From: a virus
Lineage: Duplodnaviria > Caudoviricetes
DNA length: 64,000 nt
Reading direction: 5' to 3' (one strand)
Virus record (IMG/VR): IMGVR_UViG_2802429318_000001
Coordinates: 12,530 to 76,529 of that record
Shown: in pieces, positions 9,875 to 19,212 of the stretch
Position numbering within the stretch: the first letter of the stretch is position 1
How the letters are laid out: the number at the start of each line of letters is the position of its first letter
Notes under the pieces: model-generated
What the model was told of the DNA's origin: nothing
What the model saw: only the letters and a program-made list of their open reading frames with translations
Databases searched by the model: none
Position numbers and translations under genes: made by a program

Positions 9875-10209
9875 ACCGGCACCAGCAGATGTGCCCGCAC
9901 TGCCGGGCCAAGGCCGCTGGCGCCGACACCGTGGACACGGTCGAGGCGCAGGAGCTTGAGCTCCCGGCGGAGCCGACCCCGATCCGCGTCCACAACGGGG
10001 ACATGCCGCCGTTCGACTGCACCCTCCACCCCGACGGCACGTTGACCGCGGTCCTCGGCGGGGAGCAGCGCCGCAACGCCCTGACGTTCGCGGAGATGCG
10101 CGAACGGAACTGGGCCACCGCGCACTTCGAGATCAAGCCCGGCCCGCTGCCCGAGCTGGTGGAGGCCGCGGTCGTCGTGCAGGACGCGATTCCACTCCCC
10201 ACGCCATGA
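9871..10209 (+). CDS. hypothetical protein
   Basis: GTGA overlap with previous gene. Confidence 0.55.
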   Translation: MNRHQQMCPHCRAKAAGADTVDTVEAQELELPAEPTPIRVHNGDMPPFDCTLHPDGTLTAVLGGEQRRNALTFAEMRERNWATAHFEIKPGPLPELVEAAVVVQDAIPLPTP

Positions 10210-10283
10210 ACCACAGCACGGCCGCCGCTGTTCGAGTCAGCGGCGGCCGGCACCCCACCCTCCCACGAACCACGGAGCACTCG

Positions 10284-10610
10284 ATGCCTGACCGCTCGAC
10301 CATCCGTATCACCGTCGACCTCCCCGCCGTCGACATCGACCCCACCGACGACGGAGGCCGCGACACCGACGGCGCGCCCAACGGCCTGCCCGACTGCCCC
10401 CACTGCCGCACCGAGTACGACGACCGCATGGCCCGCACCGCCGACGGCCTCGTCCACGAACGCTGCCTCAAGGCCTGGATCGGCCGCCGCGGCGAACGGA
10501 ACGCCTGGAAGATCCTCGCCGCCGAGATCGCCCGGCATCCGTCCCGCCAGTCCGCGGCCACCGTGCGCGCCGTGATCCACGCGCTCCTCAACATGCAGCC
10601 CACCGCCTGA
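10284..10610 (+). CDS. hypothetical protein (CPHC..HERC)
   Basis: GGAG RBS. Confidence 0.6.
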   Translation: MPDRSTIRITVDLPAVDIDPTDDGGRDTDGAPNGLPDCPHCRTEYDDRMARTADGLVHERCLKAWIGRRGERNAWKILAAEIARHPSRQSAATVRAVIHALLNMQPTA

Positions 10611-10668
10611 CCTGACCGCGCCCCGGGGCCGTCACGCCGACGGCCCCGGCCGACCCCCGGGAGCAGCA

Positions 10669-11160
10669 GTGTCCGGACCGCCCTGCGGCAACAACCCCCG
10701 CTACCAGCTCAGCCCCGGCGACCGCCAGGCCGTCGCCGAGTTCACGGCCTACCTCGCCGCCCGCAAACAGGAGCCCCGCATGACCGAGACCAACCCGGCC
10801 GCCGAAGCCGACCGCTGGAACGCCCGCTACCCCATCGGCACCCCCGTCACCGCCTACCCCGGCGTCCGGCCCGACGATGGCGACGGCGAACGTCTCGACA
10901 CCAAGACGCGCAGCGAAGCCGAAGTCCTTGGCGGCCACACCGCGGTCGTCTGGGTCGACGGGCACGACGCCTGCATCGCCCTCACCCACGTCGACCCCGT
11001 CCAGTCGGCCGACACGTACACGCCGCCCGCGCCGTACCGGCGTTCCGACGGAGCGCTCTGCTGCGCGCACGCCACGCCAGTTGGTCCCGGTTCGTGTGAG
11101 CACTGCTGGGACCTCGTGAAGTGGGACGCACTGGTCACCGACCCGAACGCCACCGACTGA
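10669..11160 (+). CDS. hypothetical protein (alternative start at 10780)
   Basis: WNARYPIGTPV.AYPG phage-type motif. Confidence 0.65.
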   Translation: MSGPPCGNNPRYQLSPGDRQAVAEFTAYLAARKQEPRMTETNPAAEADRWNARYPIGTPVTAYPGVRPDDGDGERLDTKTRSEAEVLGGHTAVVWVDGHDACIALTHVDPVQSADTYTPPAPYRRSDGALCCAHATPVGPGSCEHCWDLVKWDALVTDPNATD

Positions 11161-11219
11161 CCCATCGCCACCGGGGCCGTCCACCGCGGCGGCCCCACCC
11201 GACCTCGACCGGAGTGACC

Positions 11220-11714
11220 ATGACCGACCCGTCCCTGTACCTGCCCCGCATCCAGCAGGCCTGGGCCAACGCCGACGACGCCGCCGACCGCTTCGCCGCG
11301 AACGGCATGCCGTCCGACCGGCTCCGCAACATCATCGAAGGCAAGCAGCGGCCCAACACCCTCGACATGGCGTTGATTGCCGAGGCCTGCCAGGTGAGCG
11401 TCGACTGGCTGCTGTACGGCACCGAACCGCGCCCGGCGCGTATCCCAGACCACACGGTCAACGAGGAGCAGCCGGCCGACGATGAGCCCGCTGCGGCCCC
11501 GCCTACCGATCTCCTGACCGCCGCGGCCGACGCGATCCGCTCCGCCGTCTGCACGGGCGACGGCTGCGAGGACACAGAGGACGACTGCGCACGGAAGCGG
11601 GTCCAGCCCTGCGTGTGGGAGCACGGCGTCCTGACCGAAGTGCTCGGCACCCCGGAGGTGCTGGCCGCGGCCGCCCTGTCCGTGCTGCCCGCCGCCGACC
11701 CGGCCAGGACATGA
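11220..11714 (+). CDS. XRE-like HTH protein
   Basis: RLRNIIEGKQRPNTLDMALIAEACQVSVDWLLYG. Confidence 0.7.
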   Translation: MTDPSLYLPRIQQAWANADDAADRFAANGMPSDRLRNIIEGKQRPNTLDMALIAEACQVSVDWLLYGTEPRPARIPDHTVNEEQPADDEPAAAPPTDLLTAAADAIRSAVCTGDGCEDTEDDCARKRVQPCVWEHGVLTEVLGTPEVLAAAALSVLPAADPART

Positions 11715-11796
11715 CCGACCCGTACTTCCTCGCCGCGTTCGCCGCCGAAGACGCACACCGCGTCCTCGACCACGTGGCCGCGAAAGGAGCAGCGAC

Positions 11797-12075
11797 ATGA
11801 CCGCGGTCCTCCTCTTCGAAGCCATCGACACCGCGCTCGCCATCCTCAACGCCATCGTCGCCTGGATCGCCGTCCTGGCCTTCCTCGCCACCGTCGTGCT
11901 CTACACCCTGATCCTCACCGGCGCCTGGATCCGGCGAGGCGTCAGACGACGCCCGTCGTGGCGCCGCGGCCGACTCCGCGCCCGCCGCTACGCCCGAGCC
12001 ACGCACAAGCGGCCCAGCAGACGCACGGCCACCTGGAGGCACGCCCAGCCGCGCAGCTACGAGGAGGCCGCATGA
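11797..12075 (+). CDS. small membrane protein with Arg-rich tail
   Basis: Long hydrophobic N-terminus. Confidence 0.65.
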   Translation: MTAVLLFEAIDTALAILNAIVAWIAVLAFLATVVLYTLILTGAWIRRGVRRRPSWRRGRLRARRYARATHKRPSRRTATWRHAQPRSYEEAA

Positions 12076-12509
12076 CCCAGTACCGAATCCTCGTCACCGG
12101 CAGCCGCGATTGGGACGACCGGCGCACCGTCTGGCAGGCCATCGCCTCCACCGTCATGGCCAGCGCGCCCAGCACCGCCACGATCGTCGTCGTCCACGGC
12201 GACTGCCCCGACGGCGCCGACGCACACGCCGCGGCCTGGGCCGCCGCCGCACAAGGAGACAACCGGCGCCCCGTCATCGAGGAGGGCCACCCCGCGGACT
12301 GGCGCCCCGGCGGGGTCTTCGACCGGGCGGCCGGCTTCCGACGCAACGCCGAGATGGTCAACGCCGGGGCCGACGCCTGCCTCGCGTTCCTCGCACCGTG
12401 CAGCAAGCCGAGCTGCACGGAGCTCAAGCCGCACCCGAGCCACGGCACGGCCCACTGCGCAGAGCTCGCCGAGCAGGCCGGGATCCCCACCCGCAGGTAC
12501 ACCGCATGA
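12072..12509 (+). CDS. SLOG family (DUF2493/YspA-like) protein
   Basis: RILVTGSRDW, VVHGDCPDGAD, AGFRRNAEMV. Confidence 0.85.
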   Translation: MTQYRILVTGSRDWDDRRTVWQAIASTVMASAPSTATIVVVHGDCPDGADAHAAAWAAAAQGDNRRPVIEEGHPADWRPGGVFDRAAGFRRNAEMVNAGADACLAFLAPCSKPSCTELKPHPSHGTAHCAELAEQAGIPTRRYTA

Positions 12510-12739
12510 GCACCCACCAACTCGACGTCCCGGAACTCCACCTCCGCCTCGACATCAAGCGGCGAGCCGATGGCCTCACCTGGCGCCAGGTCGCCGCTCA
12601 ACTCGACCTGTCCGCCTCGACCCTGTCCCGCCTCGCCGACGGCCGCAGACCGGACGCCGATGCACTCGTGACCCTGCTCGTCTGGCTCGACCTTGACGAT
12701 GCAGCCTCCTTCGTGATCAAGCCCAAGGACCAGCCGTGA
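12506..12739 (+). CDS. XRE HTH DNA-binding protein
   Basis: LTWRQVAAQLDLSASTLSRLADGRRPD. Confidence 0.85.
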   Translation: MSTHQLDVPELHLRLDIKRRADGLTWRQVAAQLDLSASTLSRLADGRRPDADALVTLLVWLDLDDAASFVIKPKDQP

Positions 12740-12984
12740 CCAATCTCCCCGCCCGCGCCCGCATGGTGGCCCACCTTCAGCAAGCCGGCCTCAGCACCGC
12801 CCGAGCCGAAGCCAACCTCGACGCCTACGCCCACGAGCTCGCCGAGCAGCAGCGCGAGCACCTCCGCCAGGACGGCTACGAACCCGACTGCGTCTGCGAG
12901 GGGTGCAGTGCCTGCCTCGCCCGCGACTACATCGACCTCATCGACCCGAAAGTGCAGGACACCAGCCGTGACCACAGCAGTTGA
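12736..12984 (+). CDS. hypothetical protein, paralog of 24484-24726
   Basis: QAGLSTARAEANLDAYAHELAEQQR. Confidence 0.7.
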   Translation: MTNLPARARMVAHLQQAGLSTARAEANLDAYAHELAEQQREHLRQDGYEPDCVCEGCSACLARDYIDLIDPKVQDTSRDHSS

Positions 12985-13558
12985 CTTCGACGGCGTCATC
13001 CACACCTACGACCGAGGCTGGGCCGACGGCACCATCTACGGCGACTGGAAACCCGACGCCCTCGCCGGACTCCTCACCCTGCTGGAACGCGACGCCGTAT
13101 TCATCCACACCACCCGCAACCCCCACCAGGTCGCCCGCTGGATCGAGCGCACCTCCGGCCACAACATCGACTGCACCACCCGCCTGCCCCGCACCTGGTA
13201 CGGACGCCGCAAGCCCTTCTGGAACACGCGCGGCCTGCTGCTCGTCACCGACCGGAAACTGGCCGCCACGGTCTACATCGACGACCGGGCGCACCGGTTC
13301 GAGGACTGGGCATCGACGATGGTCGCCCTCGGCGAGCCGGCCGAGCACTGGCCCGCCGCCCGGCGCGGCCTGTGCGACGCCGAGTCCGTCGGAGGCGACA
13401 GGTGCGACCGGCCCACGGACCACCGGCAGCACTCCTTCGAGGCCAACGATCCGGTTCGTGCCGCGATCCGGAAAGCGCGCGGCGACGACTGGGCACCGCA
13501 GACGCCGATCAGGTTCGGGCCCTGCGGCGAGGACCCGGACGGAGACGAGCAGCCATGA
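12968..13558 (+). CDS. HAD-superfamily phosphatase-like protein
   Basis: AVDFDGVIH motif I, IHTTR, K..ATVYIDDRA. Confidence 0.8.
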   Translation: MTTAVDFDGVIHTYDRGWADGTIYGDWKPDALAGLLTLLERDAVFIHTTRNPHQVARWIERTSGHNIDCTTRLPRTWYGRRKPFWNTRGLLLVTDRKLAATVYIDDRAHRFEDWASTMVALGEPAEHWPAARRGLCDAESVGGDRCDRPTDHRQHSFEANDPVRAAIRKARGDDWAPQTPIRFGPCGEDPDGDEQP

Positions 13559-13710
13559 CTGCTGCTCCGCCCGGCGACCGCGACCCCAACTGGCGCGATG
13601 CCCCGGCCGCGCTCGAAGCCCTCTGCGATCGCGGAGCCGAACTCCTCCACAGAGCCACCAGCCCCGACCGCGACACCACCACGCTCGAACCGCCCGAGGA
13701 GTACCTGTGA
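13555..13710 (+). CDS. small hypothetical protein
   Basis: Coupled by 4-nt overlaps on both sides. Confidence 0.5.
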   Translation: MTAAPPGDRDPNWRDAPAALEALCDRGAELLHRATSPDRDTTTLEPPEEYL

Positions 13711-14090
13711 CCGACGCCCAGCTCAACCCCCGCCCCATGGTCGGCGTCGGCATGCCGGCCGCCCTCCACCTCGACGCGTTCGCCCGCGAGATCACCGACG
13801 CCTTCGACGCCGTCCCCTACCTCGTCGGATCGGCCGCCGTCGGCAAAAAGTGGCGGGACGTCGACGTCCGCCTGATCCTGGCCGACGACGAGTTCGACGC
13901 CCTGTTCCCGCCGGTCGCCCACGGCCAGCCCGACGGGCGCTGGGATCTGCTCTGTGCAGCCATCAGCGAACTCGCCCGGCAGCGCACCGGACTTCCCGTC
14001 GACTTTCAGATCCAGCGCCAGTCCTACGCCAACGACCGTTTCCCGGGGCCGCGTCACGCCCTCGGCCTGCACGACAGGAACGGCCAGTGA
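13707..14090 (+). CDS. minimal nucleotidyltransferase-like protein
   Basis: YLVGSA...WRDVDVRLIL...PVDFQ (GS, DxD, D). Confidence 0.7.
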   Translation: MTDAQLNPRPMVGVGMPAALHLDAFAREITDAFDAVPYLVGSAAVGKKWRDVDVRLILADDEFDALFPPVAHGQPDGRWDLLCAAISELARQRTGLPVDFQIQRQSYANDRFPGPRHALGLHDRNGQ

Positions 14091-14350
14091 CCGGCCCGTC
14101 GCCCAAGCCCCGCGCTCTCACCGTCCGGCAGCGCGAGATCCTCCTCCTCGCAGCCGCCGGCCACACCGGCAAACAGATCGCCCGCATCCTCGGCGTCCGC
14201 AGCAGCAGCACCATCACCTACCACCTGACCAACGCATACCGGGCTCTCGGCGCCAAGGACGCCGCGCACGCTGTCGCACTGGCCATCCACCACGGGCACA
14301 TCACTCTCGCCGAACTCGCCCGCATCGCAGGCATGGAGACCGCCGCATGA
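14087..14350 (+). CDS. LuxR-type HTH regulator
   Basis: LTVRQREILLLAAAGHTGKQIARILG...HLTNAYRALG. Confidence 0.85.
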   Translation: MTGPSPKPRALTVRQREILLLAAAGHTGKQIARILGVRSSSTITYHLTNAYRALGAKDAAHAVALAIHHGHITLAELARIAGMETAA

Positions 14351-14712
14351 CCGCACAGACCGAGCAGGACTTCGACGGCTGTCACAGCGCGTGCCGCGGC
14401 AAGGGCGCCCACACGCTCATCTGGGGCGGCTGCGAACACGCGGCCCGGCCGGAGCCCACCGTCAGCATGTCCGTCGTCTACCAGGACACCGACGGTCAGC
14501 CGTCGATCGGCTTCGACGAGTACACCGTCCGGCAGCTCGCCGACCTCATCGAGCCTGCTCTGCGCGCGGTCGCTATCCGGCTCGGCCCGAACGCGCTCGC
14601 CATGCTCCAACGCGGCGAACCCGTCGGCCTGTCCGGCGGCGAGTACGCCGACCTCGCCCGCCAGGCCGCGCACGCGATCGTCCACCGGAACGAGCAGGAG
14701 ACCCCCGCATGA
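14347..14712 (+). CDS. hypothetical protein
   Basis: ATGA coupling. Confidence 0.6.
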   Translation: MTAQTEQDFDGCHSACRGKGAHTLIWGGCEHAARPEPTVSMSVVYQDTDGQPSIGFDEYTVRQLADLIEPALRAVAIRLGPNALAMLQRGEPVGLSGGEYADLARQAAHAIVHRNEQETPA

Positions 14713-15158
14713 CCACAGCCCAATTCGCAGCCACCTACGCCGCTCTCACCGCAGCCCACGAGGTCGGCGACCACTGGATTCAGACGGACGAGCTCGCCGT
14801 CCACAAGGGCAGAGCCAACAGCAACGGCGCCAAGGCGTGCACCGAGCACGTCCTCACCTACACCGCCACCCAAGCCGCGGCCCTCTACGCCGTGCAGCGC
14901 GCCACCGGGATGCGCCTGTCCTGGCGCCGGGCCGCTCTCGCACTCGCTGTGTCCGCAGCCACCCACTACATCGCTGACCGACAGGGCGGCCACTGGCAGG
15001 ACGAGCACCCGCGAGGCATCGTCCGCGTCGCCGCCGCCACCGGACACGCAGGGTGGCTCCAACGCGACCCGCACGCCGGCTATCTCATGGACCAGGCCTG
15101 GCACAAGGGCTGGATCCTCATCGCAGCCCTGATCGCGGCAGGAGGTGAGCAGCGATGA
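14709..15158 (+). CDS. DUF3307-like membrane protein
   Basis: AHEVGDHWIQTD...HV..Y...THYIADR...DQAWH. Confidence 0.75.
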   Translation: MTTAQFAATYAALTAAHEVGDHWIQTDELAVHKGRANSNGAKACTEHVLTYTATQAAALYAVQRATGMRLSWRRAALALAVSAATHYIADRQGGHWQDEHPRGIVRVAAATGHAGWLQRDPHAGYLMDQAWHKGWILIAALIAAGGEQR

Positions 15159-15481
15159 CCGACATGATTCGCGCCCCGTGGACGCCCGAACAGGTCGCCG
15201 CGCTCAACGCCTTCCAGGCGCACAGCGGCATGCATCCGTTCACCTGCGGCAACGACCACGCCACACCGGACCTGCACCTCGTCGCCCACGAGGACGGTTG
15301 GCACTGCTGGCTCCCCAACTGTCACTACCGGCAAGACTGGGCCCACGCCTTCATGGCCGACCCGAACACCTGGCCTCAGCCCCTGTCTGCGGCCAGGCCG
15401 TGTCCAGCGTGCCGGCGCGCCGACCAAGCCGGACTCGCACCCAGCGAGCAGCACCCCGGCTGCGTAAATCCGAAGCATTGA
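15155..15481 (+). CDS. hypothetical protein
   Basis: APWTPEQVAALNAFQ...HPFTC. Confidence 0.7.
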   Translation: MTDMIRAPWTPEQVAALNAFQAHSGMHPFTCGNDHATPDLHLVAHEDGWHCWLPNCHYRQDWAHAFMADPNTWPQPLSAARPCPACRRADQAGLAPSEQHPGCVNPKH

Positions 15482-15760
15482 CCCCCGCGGCACCCGCACG
15501 GTGGCCCTGCCGCGCTCCACCTCCGCCCCGCCCTCACCGAGGTGCGGGGCGGCCGTGTGCTTGGAGGCTCGCGGCGCGCCTGGCACCGCCCGCCCCGAAT
15601 CGGCGGTGCAGCCGAAGCATCAAAATTCAGCCAGGGACCACGCCTGGCCGACCACCGACTTGCCCCTCAACGTGCCCCCGATACACTGGACAAAAATAGG
15701 CTCCACAATCTATACAGAGCCTTCTGAGCTGCAAAAACACAACACAAGTAGGGGACGCCG

Positions 15761-16939
15761 GTGCGGTCATACGAGGAGTCACACCCATGGATCAACTTCC
15801 TCCTAGACCTGAAGCAGCTTGACCACAAGTGCTGGATGCTCGTCGGCGAAGCCGTCTCCAAGCTCGACCACATCGCCGGCGTCCCCCTCCAGCCGTCAGT
15901 CGCCGCCGAGCTCAACCGGATCTACCTGACCAAAGGCGCCCACGCGACCACCCAGATCGAGGGCAACACCCTGTCCGAGAAGCAGGTGCGCCAGCGCGTC
16001 GACCACGAACTCGACCTCCCCCCGTCACAGGAATACCTGGGGCAGGAAGTTGACAACGTGATCAAGGGCTACAACCTGATCATTGACGACGTCCTGGAGA
16101 AGCGCTCCCTTCACCTGACGGTCGAGCGCATCCAAAAGTTCAACGAGATCGTCCTCGAAGGACTCACCGACACCGAAGGCCAAGCTGGCCAGATCCGGAC
16201 CACCAGCGTGGTCGTCGGGGCGCACTACCGCGGGGCCCCCGCTGAAGACTGCGCGTACCTGCTGGACCGCCTCTGCCACTGGCTCGAAGACCTGCGCACC
16301 GAGACGCTGGGCACCATCTATGAGAAGCCCGTCGCAGTCCTGTCAGCGATTCTGGCCCACCTCTACGTCGCCTGGATCCACCCCTTCGAGGACGGCAACG
16401 GCCGAACCGCCCGCCTCGTCGAATTCCAGCTACTGGTTCGCTCCGGTGCGCCGACGGTCGCTGCGCACGTGCTGGCCGACCACTACAACAAGACGCGCAG
16501 CGCCTACTACCGTGAGCTGCGACGTACGAGCGAGGTCACGCCGCACAACGTCAACGCTTTCATCGCATACGCCCTGCAGGGCCTGGTCGACGGGCTTCGT
16601 CAGCAGATCGAAGAGATCCAGGCACAGCAGCTCGGCGTGACGTGGGTCAACTTCGTCCATGCCGCCTTCCGGGACAAGCACACGCCCGCCTGCGCGCGTC
16701 AACGTCTGCTCGTGCTCAGCCTCCCGGTGGCTGAGTCGACGCCGAAAGCGTCCATTCGCGAGCTGACACCCCAGCTGGCCTTGGCCTACGCTGGCAAGCA
16801 GGACAAGGCTGTGACACGAGATGTGAACGCGCTGGAGGCGATGGGGCTTCTGGCCAAGGGCAAGCAGGGTGTCGTGACGACCGTTCGGCCCCGCGTTAAC
16901 CGGCTTCGGGCTTTCATGCCGCTCGTCGCGAACGACTAG
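15761..16939 (+). CDS. fic: Fic-family AMPylase (moron)
   Basis: HPFEDGNGRTAR motif; N-terminal TTQIEGN inhibitory motif; AT-richer upstream region. Confidence 0.93.
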   Translation: MRSYEESHPWINFLLDLKQLDHKCWMLVGEAVSKLDHIAGVPLQPSVAAELNRIYLTKGAHATTQIEGNTLSEKQVRQRVDHELDLPPSQEYLGQEVDNVIKGYNLIIDDVLEKRSLHLTVERIQKFNEIVLEGLTDTEGQAGQIRTTSVVVGAHYRGAPAEDCAYLLDRLCHWLEDLRTETLGTIYEKPVAVLSAILAHLYVAWIHPFEDGNGRTARLVEFQLLVRSGAPTVAAHVLADHYNKTRSAYYRELRRTSEVTPHNVNAFIAYALQGLVDGLRQQIEEIQAQQLGVTWVNFVHAAFRDKHTPACARQRLLVLSLPVAESTPKASIRELTPQLALAYAGKQDKAVTRDVNALEAMGLLAKGKQGVVTTVRPRVNRLRAFMPLVAND

Positions 16940-16980
16940 AAGGCCAGCGCCGTCGGGCGCACCGCTTGATCCCGCAGACG

Positions 16981-17017
16981 GAAGGTCCCTGCCGGCTTCC
17001 CAACGGCAGGGGCCTTC
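16981..17017. terminator. Probable bidirectional terminator
   Basis: GAAGGTCCCTGCCG...CGGCAGGGGCCTTC between convergent genes. Confidence 0.7.
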
Positions 17018-17028
17018 GCCTTGTCTGG

Positions 17029-17304
17029 CTACTCGGCGGGGTCCTCGGTCTCGTGCCGGACCGCCTTCTTCACGGCCATCTCGACGCTCATCCGGTTCTC
17101 CCCGGTTGCCTTCGCATGTGCGGTGATGGCGCCCTGCACTGCGGCGGATGCCTCCCGCCACCGCTTCCACTGCGCGTTGTGCTCGGCGTCGGCGAGCCCG
17201 GCCATCCGGGCGCGCGCTTCTTCAGCGTCGCGTTCGAGGTTGATCAGATCATCGGGGAGGTCCACGGCGATGATCTTAAGTGGGCGGCAGAGAGCCCCCA
17301 CCAC
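17029..17304 (-). CDS. hypothetical protein (true start probably near 17265)
   Basis: WKRWREASAAVQGAITAHA...VEMAVKKAVRH. Confidence 0.65.
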   Translation of the reverse strand: MVGALCRPLKIIAVDLPDDLINLERDAEEARARMAGLADAEHNAQWKRWREASAAVQGAITAHAKATGENRMSVEMAVKKAVRHETEDPAE

Positions 17305-17354
17305 GGCGCGCGGCAGGGGCTCGGGCGTGGGGTGTCAGCCCCAGGCGGCGTCAC

Positions 17355-17753
17355 TCACGGACGCCACTTCTCCCGGTAGCCGGGGCGGTCAGCGTAGGGC
17401 AGGGCGAGCAGGCGCAGCGTGGGGCATGGCGGTTCGTGCTCACAGTTCGAGCAGAACAGTTCACTGGCACCCTCGCTGTGCAGGGTGACCAACTGCCGCT
17501 TCGCTTCGATCTCGCGCACCACCCGAGCCGGATCGTGCTCGGCGATGTGGGCAGCAATGGCAAAGGGCACGCTTTCCTCCTCGCCGAGGAGTGCTTCGTT
17601 GGCCTCGGAGTGGAGGCTGCCGAGATTGTCCTCAAACGGTCCCTTCGCAACCCACCTCCCGTCCTTGCAGAACTCGGCGTCGCAGGCCTCCGTCACGAGC
17701 CGCTGGTCCTCGTCGAGCTGCTCGCCGAACCACTGCACGAGGTCATCCATCAT
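17355..17753 (-). CDS. DUF6221 family protein
   Basis: HIAEHDPARVVREIEAKR...TLRLLALPYADRPGYREKWRP. Confidence 0.85.
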   Translation of the reverse strand: MMDDLVQWFGEQLDEDQRLVTEACDAEFCKDGRWVAKGPFEDNLGSLHSEANEALLGEEESVPFAIAAHIAEHDPARVVREIEAKRQLVTLHSEGASELFCSNCEHEPPCPTLRLLALPYADRPGYREKWRP

Positions 17754-17961
17754 TGGCCTCCGTCATCGCCTGGTCCAGGCGGCCCCGGAGCCCGTTCACC
17801 GCGGCGGTGCCCAGGTCAGAGAGCAGCTGTGGGTCCAGCCCGAGTTCCGCCGTCCGACACCCCTCGACCACCCCCCGCATCACCTCGAAGGCCAAGTCGA
17901 GCCACTGCTTCTCGGTCAGGTAGTCGGGCTTGGTGACTGGCAGTTCTAACGTTCGCGACAT
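17743..17961 (-). CDS. hypothetical protein
   Basis: AAGGAG RBS; overlaps the DUF6221 gene start. Confidence 0.6.
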   Translation of the reverse strand: MSRTLELPVTKPDYLTEKQWLDLAFEVMRGVVEGCRTAELGLDPQLLSDLGTAAVNGLRGRLDQAMTEANDG

Positions 17962-18026
17962 GGCCGCTCCTTCGTCTCGTGAGGCGAGGTCGGTCCGCTT
18001 GCCCGGCTGCTGTTCGTAGGTAGGCA

Positions 18027-18632
18027 TCAGGACAGTGTGACGAAGTACCGGGTGCCCGACCCAACGCCCTGCCGTTCTACCCTGCCTGCGGAAGCCAGCC
18101 GTCGAAGTGCGCGATGCACCGTGTTGGTCGACACGCCGAAGCGGTTGACCAGCTCGGCGACACGGGGGAGTTGGTTGCCGCAGCGCAGTCGCCCAGCCGT
18201 CACGTCGGCCGTCAGGGTCTCAGCGACGGCTTGGTCCATGTTCCGCCAGGGGCGCCCCGGTGGGCGGAACCCGCCGCCGGTGGCCTCGTGGAAGCGCTGC
18301 ATGTTCACCATCGGACACGGCGTCTCCCCAGGCGCCTGTTCACGAAGAGGCGACGGCGCACCGCCCGAGTTGTACAACGGGGCTTGGGTGCGGATGACGC
18401 GCAGCTCGGCCGCCGCCGCAACGTCCCGCCCAGTGAGCCAGTCGACGCTGACGCGTGCCGCGCGCGGCCACCACGATGTCGCCGCGTACTGCCGATGCCG
18501 CGCCCACCGCGTCTTGGGATCGTCCGTAATGCCGACGTAGAGCAGCCGGTCCACGTCGTCGAAGAACTGATAGAGCGCCGTCTGTCCCGGCCGGGCGGCG
18601 GGGGCGGCGATGCGGTCGTTCGCTACGCTCAA
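18027..18632 (-). CDS. GIY-YIG domain fused to GntR-type winged HTH
   Basis: LYQFFD..LLYVGIT..RW..H...E..VI...PLYN; LPRVAELVNRFGVSTNTVHRAL. Confidence 0.8.
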   Translation of the reverse strand: MSVANDRIAAPAARPGQTALYQFFDDVDRLLYVGITDDPKTRWARHRQYAATSWWPRAARVSVDWLTGRDVAAAAELRVIRTQAPLYNSGGAPSPLREQAPGETPCPMVNMQRFHEATGGGFRPPGRPWRNMDQAVAETLTADVTAGRLRCGNQLPRVAELVNRFGVSTNTVHRALRRLASAGRVERQGVGSGTRYFVTLS

Positions 18633-18703
18633 GGGAGCGCCTCTCTCTTGCTTGGGTCTGGCTGCTTCGCGGCCGGGCGGTCTTTCACACCGCTCGGCCG
18701 TAT

Positions 18704-19012
18704 CTACTTCTCCGACGCGTCGTCAGTCTTCTTCGGCGGGCGCTTACTTCCGCGTAGCCCCTTGCCGATCTGCTGCGCACGCTCCGGCGTCACCTCGCCG
18801 ATGATGCTGGCGATCTCGGGCCACGTCTTCTGCTGCTCGTCTCGCAGCTCCCGCACGCTGGCCTGCCGAAGCTCACGCAGTCGCGCGTGATACGTGGGCC
18901 AGTCCTTCAGTGCCTGCGAGACAGCGGTGGTGCGCGCGGCCGGGTCTTCGATGGCTTCGAACGCCGCAAGAGCTTCCAACAGCCTCTTCACCTCCTCGGA
19001 TTGTTCCGTCAC
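18704..19012 (-). CDS. small HTH repressor
   Basis: KTWPEIASIIGEVTPERAQQI; AAAGGAG RBS. Confidence 0.75.
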   Translation of the reverse strand: MTEQSEEVKRLLEALAAFEAIEDPAARTTAVSQALKDWPTYHARLRELRQASVRELRDEQQKTWPEIASIIGEVTPERAQQIGKGLRGSKRPPKKTDDASEK

Positions 19013-19054
19013 GCCGGGCTCTCCTTTCCTGCCCGAGAGCACGACCGGACAACA

Positions 19055-19100
19055 CAAACCCTAGGGCTTGCGCTGCTCCCTGGGCAAGCCCTAGGGTTTG
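19055..19100. promoter_or_regulatory. Operator pair: perfect 17-bp inverted repeat, each arm with a CCCTAGGG core
   Basis: CAAACCCTAGGGCTTGC (19055) and GCAAGCCCTAGGGTTTG (19084) in a divergent intergenic region. Confidence 0.75.
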
Positions 19101-19212
19101 GCTCGTGAGGTCGGGCGCACTCCTCGATCTCGCACCAACAGAACGGCCCGGACAGGAGCAGCAACTCCTGTCCGGGCCGGCCGAATCCCCTGAGCTACCA
19201 GGAGAAACAGCC

